Below are positions 19,937-28,900 of a stretch of DNA of 56,168 bases, piece after piece; within the stretch, counting starts at the first letter, position 1, and each line of letters opens with the position of its first letter. The stretch comes from a virus. Lineage: Duplodnaviria > Caudoviricetes. The stretch is taken from positions 1 to 56,168 of the IMG/VR virus record IMGVR_UViG_3300034053_000011; one strand, given 5' to 3'. Position numbers and translations under genes: made by a program. Below the pieces are notes generated by a model, which was given only the letters and a program-made list of their open reading frames with translations, did not search any database and was not told the DNA's origin.

Positions 19937-22900
19937 ATGGCAGAACTAGACTGGTCCCGGGCTATCCCCGCTGATAACGATTTTCGCGATGCGCGAGACA
20001 TCCAGATGGGGGTAGAAAAACCGAAGTCACTTGATTGGTCTGCTGCTATTGAAGCACCTGAAGTAGAACAAAAACCCTCCGGCCTCCTTGGTGTCGGAGA
20101 AGCCATCTGGACCGGGACAAAGAACCTGATCGAGATGGGCCGGGCTACCGGCAACGTCATCTCCGGTGACAACGCCGCCGTCGAGGCTGGCCGCGAGCGC
20201 AACCTCGCCAACGAAGCAAACTCCCCCCTCGAGAAGCGCCAGTTCATGGCCGACTACATGGCGCGCAACAAGCGCGACCGTGGCACCGATGGCGACGTCT
20301 CCATGCTCGATGCGATCGGTAACCTCGCGTCATCCGCGTGGAACAACAAGATGGGCTTCACCCAGGCGATGGCCGAGCAGGCGCCGAACGCCGTGCCCGT
20401 GCTCGCGATGGGTGCTGCCGGTGCGGCTGCTGGCGCTGCTACGCCAATTCCTGGCGGGGCCATCATCGGCGGCTTCCTCGGCATGGCCCTGGGCAACGCC
20501 GGCATCGAGATCGGCTCCAAGGCTATCGAGAAGGCTGAAGGCGGCCTGACCAATGAAGAATCCAGCGCTGCTCTAAGGGAAGGTTCCGTCAAGGGCACAG
20601 TGATTGCCGGCGTCGACCTGGCCACGCTCGGTATCGGTGGCAAGGCGATGAAGGCTATAGGCGGCACTGCCGTCAAGGCCGGCGCTATGGCAGAGGCCAA
20701 GGTGCTGATGGACGCCGGCGTCGACGTCACCAACCCGATGGCGATAGCTTCCCGGCTCGCTGCTGACAAGGCGCTCGCAGCGTCCGCCAAAGCCGCTGGA
20801 ACCACCGCGGCAAGGGATGCACTCACGCTCGGTCAGAAGGCCGGCATGGCGGCCACTGGCATGGGGCTGGAGACAGTCGGCGAGGGTGTCGGCGAATACT
20901 TCGGCGAGATGGCAGCCACCGGCAAGGGCAACATGGGCGATGCGGTCCTCGAGGCCTTCATGGGAGCCGGTCAGTCGTCTGTCGAGACCGCTTACAACTT
21001 CAACAAGGTCGGGCGCAACGAGCTCGACATGCGCAACATACTCAACGCCGGATCAACCGAAGAGGCGATCCAGCACGCGCGGAATGCACTGGCGCAGAAG
21101 ACGACGGCCGCCAACGTCACCGCCGCCACCGACTTTGAAGTCACTGGCGACTCCGTCATCAACGAGATGGCTGGCGGCCTGGATGCACTCCAGACCTTCA
21201 ACAACCAGACGATCAGCGAGCCTAATGCAGCGGCCGCCGTGGCTGATGCTGATCAGTTCGTACCCGGCGCCGTGCAACCGGTCCCGCTCGAATACCGCAA
21301 CCAGCAGATCATCAACGCCACGCCGGAGACACCACCGGGAATTACCCCGCCGCCGTATCAACGAGGCACTGGTGGGGCGATCAGCGATGCGTCGCTACCG
21401 ATCATAGGGCAGACGCCAGCAACGGCTCCTACGCCCGCTATTGAAGGCGCGCCCAAGGTCAGCATGTACGACCAATACTTGGCCATCCAAGCCAAGGTCG
21501 CCAAAGGTGCAACGCCTACTGCCTTCGAGGCAGCACTCCTCAAGAACCCACCTCCCTCCCCCGCCACACCCACGCTCGAGCTCCCAGCTGGCAAGCAGCA
21601 AGCCGGCGAGGGGCAGGCCAAGCTGATCCAGGAAGTTCAGCGCGCGCGGCAGATGGCGCGCTCCGCTCCGCAGCTTGAGCAGGACGCCGCCCAAGATGAG
21701 CTCGCACCGGCACCGGTCACCATGCAGACCACTCCGGTCCAGGCGCCGCAGCCGGTTAAGTCTGTACCAACCACCCAGACACAGCTCGAGCAGCAAGAGT
21801 TGGTGCCTCGCACCAGCGTCAAGGTCGGTGGCGTCAATGCCGACCTGATGTCGAATGAAGAGCTGCAGGCGATCGTCACGAACCCGAAGGCGAACAAGAA
21901 TACCCGCCGTGCTGCGCAAGAGGTTCTATCCACCCGCTTCACCCCCCAGCGCACGGACATCGCAGAGCTCGAGCGCCAACAATTCCCTGACGTAGGAGAG
22001 ACAACGAATGCCCCTCAAGCCACAGAAGCCCCGGTGCCCGCACTGCAAGAAGAAGCACAGCCCGAGCCGGGAGTGTCCCGCACAGTCGCAAAGCGCTCCG
22101 AAAACCTAGAGCGGATGCTCCGTGAGAATCCCGCAGAGGATCGCGGGATCATGGCCGGCGAGGTCGATATCAACTCGCTGGGCAGCGAGGTCAGCTCGCT
22201 GAAGACGAAGCGTATGGGCAAGCTCAAGGCCCGTGGCATCAAGGCGCTGATGGCCCTGTTCGGGCGCAAGGTGGTCTTCTTCGAGGCCAGCAAGGATACG
22301 GCGGAAGGCATCCACTCCGACAAGAACAATCGCACAATCTACGTCAATGTCGATTCAGAAGTCGATACCCTGGCGGTGGTCAATCACGAGTTCTCCCACT
22401 CGTTTGAGAAGGAGCACCCGGCAGAGTACGCCAAGGCCGTAGCCGCGACTGAAGCCCTGCTGCGTGCTGACGGTACCCGGGCGCTGAAGTATGCGACCTA
22501 CTACAACAAGCGCGACTGGATCGCTGATGGTGCCGTCAAAGATGAGAACGTCGGCGACCTGGCCCGGGAGCTGATCGGCGACATCACCGGCAACGAGGCC
22601 CGCACCGGTGAGTTCTGGGGCGATGTGTTCAACGAGGTGGCGCTACAGAACCCGACCGAGGCCCGGGGCATCATTACCCGTATCCGCGATGCGGTGGTCA
22701 AGTTCATTAACAAGGTGATCGCTGCCACACCGAAGGGTGGCTTCCAGCTCGAGGGTGTCGGCTTCACCCGCGAAGACCTGAAAGAGATCCGTGACCAGGT
22801 GGTGCAGATGGCCGCCAAGTCGATGGTCAAGGCCGAGCGTGTTCGCCTGGGCCTTGAGCAGGATACGGCGGCGGGGGATGGGGTGGTGCGGGAAGCGGCA

Positions 22901-25900
22901 AACCGCAAACAAAAAGTTGCCGTCGCCAAAGGGGCAAAGGCTGGCTTCTCTACGGACAACAAAGTCGGCGTGGCTGTCTCTGCGTCTTACAAGCCTGGCC
23001 GGAACTACGGCACCGTGGTTTATCCGGAGAACGGCGGCAATCTCGTTCGCTTGCATGAGCGGATGCTGGTCATCACCCGCTCCGCGGACTTCGATCGCTT
23101 GCTTGAATCGATCGGGCTCAAGAGCTTCGGCGCGCAGACCACGATCCGCGGGATGTGGGATCGCGAACCGGAATGGACCCAGGTGCTACGCCTGAAGCAA
23201 CTCAACGGCACACCGGCCACGTTCGAGCAGACCCGTGCCGTAGCCAACCTGCTTGGCTGGGCCACACAGCAGGATGCTGCCATCACCTCGATGGTGGTCG
23301 ATAAGCCGGTGGATGGCCAGTACAACATCCCGAGTCTGTACTTCGGCAAGGAAGACGGCACGCCGATGACGGCCGCCGAGATCGATACCGCACTGGCCGC
23401 CTTCGGCAAAGTAACGCCCGGGGCGTCGGTCACGCCAGACGGCAAAACAGTTAAGTTCCTATTCTTCCCGGATGAGAAGTCAAAGCTCAGTGAAACTGAC
23501 CAGCAAATTCAGTTCGGCAAAAATTTGCAGGCTGTTGCGGTTAGCGTTAATCTAAGCCCTGACTACCTGTTGGCATTTACTAACTCGTCTCTGGATGAGT
23601 TCAATAAGAGGACGAACGAAAATGAAAACCGCGGATATCTTGGCCGCAATGAAGGCTACTGGGGGAAGGCTGCTAAAGGACTCGGACCCAGAGCTATACA
23701 AGGCGGAATTGGCGGGCGGACCGTCGATGTCGTTCTCGTCCCGTACATCGCCGCCGTCAGAGCCGAAGGATTCGGATTCGACTACGACCTCTGGCAACAG
23801 CGAAACAAGGCAACCGCAGCAGAAGTAGCCGAGCTTCGCGAGAAGGTCGCTGCCTACGAACAGCAGAACAAGCACGGGCTAAAACCACGTCTGCGCGAAA
23901 CGATCGATATCTCCAATCTCCCGGAGGTGTCGATCGAGGCGCAGATCACCCAGAAAACGAACGAGGCCAACGCCGAGAATCAGCTCGGCATCCTCGACAA
24001 GCTCAAGCAACAATTCCCCAACGCCGTCGAATCCGCCCGTGAGTGGCTCACGATGGCGGCGCACGCCTTTGGCAGCAATGATGTTCCGGTGGCACCGCGC
24101 AACCTGATCAACCTGATGCAGGACAGCGGCGCCGGCATCCTCGAGCAGTTGCGTCAGCTCACCCCGGGGCAGATCAAGGACGCCACCTCTGGCTTCAACA
24201 ACGCGGCCGAGTTCCTCCAGCTTTACACCTCCGGCAAAGTGAAGGTCGAGACCACTGGCAAGCTGATGCTGTGGTCGTTCCTGTCACGCGGGGTCAGCCC
24301 GTACATCCAGGAGGCGATGTTCGTTGATTCCGTGCGTGGTGTCGAGCCGTTCATTCAACAGGCCGCGCGCGGAGAATTTGGTCCGGCAGAGCTGGCAAAT
24401 TACATCGAGTGGGCCGATGGTATTGCCAAGTCCAACGGCGCCGGAGCACCCGGCAATGCCACCAAGCACAACCTGAATGCGTTCGGCAAGAGCTTCTTGA
24501 TCGGGATGTCGCAGAAGGCAGCAAACGGCAAGACCAAACTGCAGCATTTGCATGACATGCTCTCCGACAAATCGATGACTGGCCGCGACATCCGCCGCGA
24601 ATTTGTCAGGATGTCCGAGGGTGTTGGCATCGACAACAAGGTGATGTCATTCACGCTGCTGGTGACTGGGCGCACCGACGTACTGGTGCTGGACCGTATC
24701 CAGATGCGCAATCTGTTCGACGACGGCAGCTTCGCTGGCTACAATCTGTACGACGGCACGCGCAACACCAAGCTGGTAACGGACGCCAAGGACAAAACCA
24801 AGCGGACCATTCACGAGGCTATCAGCCAGCGTGAAGGCGAGACTGACGAGGAGTTCGATAACCGCGTTGATCAAGCTATGCGCAACCTGGCCAAGCAGCT
24901 CAAGATCAAGCCGTCCGCGATCGAAGCGGAACGCGCCATCGAACCTGGCACCGGGTTGGCAAGCATGACCACGGGCGTCCGCGGCTTGATGCTCTACGAG
25001 TTCTTTGAAGACAAGTTGCTCAAGATTCTGCCCGATGTGTATCAGAAGCTAGGCCGCCCACAAGATGCGTCACCGGGGCGATACCACTGGGAATCCTGGG
25101 TGGTGGTGTCAGGTCAAGAGGCCTCTCACGGCACACTGGACTCGCTGCTCTACGAAGCCGAGGGGCAGGAGAATGCGTTTGCTGATGTGACCGTCAAGCA
25201 GGGCGAGTATTCGCAGAAGGACTACGGCGTGCGCTATGGCCGTGACGTCAAGGGCAATCCGTACTACCTCTACGAGAACTCGGCCGGTACCCAGTACAAG
25301 TTGACGCACGACGCCTGGCGCGCTTTGCTGAAGAGCATTGACCGGATCAAGGGTAGGGCTGCCGGGTTCCTGCTGTCTCGAGATGAGCAAGGAAATGCCA
25401 GAACGCAACCGTGGTATTTTGACTCCCGCATCGATCGCGCTAAGATTGACGCCGAACTTCAACAACTAGGAGAGCCGCATGACGGACAAGGAACAGGATC
25501 AGCCCGCCGATCCAATGCGCGGAGCAGTGAATATGATCGAACAGGCTCTGCGGCGGAAGGACGCCCAAGTTATGGTCGAGGTAGAGAAGGAGCGGTCCAG
25601 GCTACGGGAGTCCACTACTCCAAAGCCCAGCGAGGAGAGTTAAGCTCCCGGTTCTTCGGGACCGGGATGAAGGGCGAGGAAGGTGCGCGGATCTCGTATG
25701 CCAAGGACGAGCGGATCAAGAATCGCCTGTACTTCTACATCAACACCGGGCGCGGGGTCGTGCCAGAATCGGACGTTGGCGCCCACGCCCACACGGTAGA
25801 TCTGCAGAACCTCTACGACTTGGACTCCGATCCCCTGGAGCTCTACCCGCGTAGCGATCCAACCAAGGATCAGCGCGACCAGCCTCTCGCCGACGAGCGA

Positions 25901-28900
25901 ATGAACTCGTTCGAGAGCAAGGTTCTCGATGCAGGCTTTGACGGCTACCTCACTCGCGACTTCGGCACCGGCGGCGCCGTGGTCCTGCTCGGTGATCACT
26001 CGGTCCCAGTGCAATACGAGGGCTCCGGCGTCAAGCCCGACGCCCAGGCCTTTTCTGAGCCTGTCACCCTGCGTGGCTGGCGTGAGCTGCAGGACAAGGT
26101 GACCAAGAACAACAGCCTGCCCAACGGCAGTATGATGGGCGCTGACTGGAAGCGCATGATGCCCAAGCTCATGCCCGAGCTGGATGTCTCCCATCTGCCC
26201 GACGAGCGACGCTTCTACAAGGACCAGTTGGTCAAGAGGCCGGAGGCGCGGATGAGCAACCGCCGCGTCGTCGACGTCTTCAAGACCTTGGCAAAAGACG
26301 AGGAGGCGTTCAAGTATCCGGTTCAGACGTCCATGGACCTGGGCGAAGTGGTCAAGGGTATCGACCCGGCTTTCAAGGTGTATCCGGTTGGCAGCGATCA
26401 CTGGTCTGTTGATGAGGCTAAGGCCGACGAGGGGTGGATCATCGTTGCGCCTGACAAGAAGGATGGCTGGGTGTTCCGCAAAGGCAACGACGTCTGGATC
26501 AATGTAGCCTCATTCGGATCTGGGCAGAGCCGCGGGACGGTGGTCTATCAGGCGGTTGGCGACTGGGTCTACAACAACGGCTTCAAGTTCCTTGGCGACC
26601 CGGCGGGCATCTCCTACTTCGGCGCCACCCGGCGGATTGAGAACCTGATCAGCTCGGCGCTCAAGCACGGAACCACAGAACATCTGCGCCCCCACCCGGG
26701 GAACTTCGACCATGTGCCGCCGAATGACCTGGCAGACCACTCAGAAATCAAGTGGGAAGAGGGCGCGCATGATCAAAATTTGGAGAAACTGATCCTGGCG
26801 AGCTATGCTGCAGTTATCGATAGCTACCCGGAGATCAAAGATGTCCGCTTTATACCTGCAACCGGAAGGTTTGAACGAGCTGGAACTCCGCTTGTGGACG
26901 AAGATATTCAGCAGCTCATCGCCGACAACCCCGCCAGCGCTGGTCTTGGCAAGGTATTTGGAGTCTCATCGTTCAAGAGAAGCGTGCTCGTCGATACCGT
27001 TCTACGCGAAACGGGAGGCGAAGGAAGGGGTGGAATACTGGGCGAGCTGGAGCGTCAGCTACAATCCACCGGCTCCGTACCTGGTTTAGGCAAGGTTCTC
27101 TACAGCAATGCCCGCGCTCTACCCAACGACACCCCTGTTAACCGAACTCTCGACGGGGCCAAACTCCAGGCCCTACGTCGTGCTGCGGCTGATCTCGAGC
27201 GACCCAAGGATGGCGTCTACCTCCGCATCACCGAAGACGGTCGTGCCATCGCCACCGGACCCAAGGGCACTCGCATCCCCGAGACTTTCCGTCGTTTCGC
27301 TAGAGACAACGACTTAGCGTTCTTCGCCGAACGCGACATCGGCGTATCCATCTACTCGAAAGCACCGCAAACCACCAAGTCGGAGCCGATGTCCATCGAC
27401 TACCGCGAGAGCGGCGCGCTGTACTTCGGCGAGATGGGTGACGCTAAACTTGATAGAACTGAGCGGACGCGCTTCTCCTTCAAGCGCGTCGACACCAACT
27501 CACCTGAGTTCAAAAAATGGTTCTCAGGGAGCAAGGTGGTTGATGCGAATGGCAAGCCGTTACGGGTGTATCACGGGACAAGGCTGGATTCGCCTATCGA
27601 TCAATTTGATGGGTTGAATTATTCAGGTTGGTTCAGTTCCGCACCAGAAACAGCAAACACCTATGCTGGAGGATATAGTGGAGAGCAAATTGATGAAGGG
27701 TCAGTGTATCCGACGTATCTTGCCATTCGTAATCCGATTGATTTACGCAATCGTGGATTCGATCTGAATGACGATGCGGATATTCAGGGACTTATAGAGG
27801 CTATTCCAGAAGTGGATATGCGCACTTTCAAAACCCATGAAGGAGCATGGGAGGTTTGGGAAATCATCAATAGCCTTGATTTTAGAGAAGCGGCAGAGGC
27901 TGCAGGTTTTGATGGTCTTATCGCTCCGGAAAATAGAGTTACAACATACGCGGCATTCTTCCCCTCTCAAATCAAGTCCGCCATCAGCAACACCGGCGCC
28001 TTCTCCGACACCAATCCTGATATTCGGTATTCGACAAATCGCCTGATCGGCAACTCCGGCCGGCAATACACGCCGGAGCAGGAGGCGATGCACCAGCGTG
28101 TCGGTCGGGTGGTGGATGAGAAGACCATCCTCGAGCGGCTGAAGGATTACATCCAGAAGCGCTGGCGGCAGGGGATCTTCGATCAGTTCGCTCCGTTCTA
28201 CGGGACGCAGGCCTACACCTTGATGCGCTTGTCCAAGGGCTCCACGGGGGCGTTTGAGGCGTTTATGAAGCACGGCAAGCTATCACTGCGTGATGGCGCC
28301 TACGACGCTGACACCACCGGCGGTGTGATCGAGAATGTGTTTCATCCTCTTGGCAAGGAGACGACTGACTTCCTCTACTGGATAGCAGGCAACCGGGCCG
28401 AGCGGTTGGTCGCCGAGGGCAAGGAGCGCCTCTTTACCAATGCCGACATCCAGGCCGCAAAGAGCCTGGCTGATGGCCAGCTCGACTTCGATTACATCCT
28501 GCGCAACGGTACTGTAACGCGCAGCCGCAAGGCCGCCTACATGGACAGCCTGGTCAAGTTCAACGAATTTAACAAGAACGTGATGGACATGGCCGAGCAG
28601 TCAGGGCTGATCGATGGTGCAGCTCGCCACCTATGGGAGCACGAGTTCTACGTTCCGTTCTACAGGGTAATGGAGGACGAGAACACCCGGGCCATGGGGA
28701 TCAAGAAGGGTATTGTCAGGCAGGAGGCTTTCAAGAAGCTGAAGGGCGGCGAGGAACAGCTCGGTGACTTGCTGATGAACACCTTGTTGAACTGGCACCA
28801 CTTGGTTGATGCGGCATCGAAGAATCGCGCGGCCAAGGCGGCGCTCGAGACGGCGCAGCAGTTGGGTATCGCCAGTCCTGCGGTCACCGGCGAGACGAAG

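Noticed and set aside
27108-28046. Further +1-frame ORFs at 27108-27317 and 27837-28046 as nested genes
   Set aside because: No convincing RBS, and the composition is typical of shadow frames.
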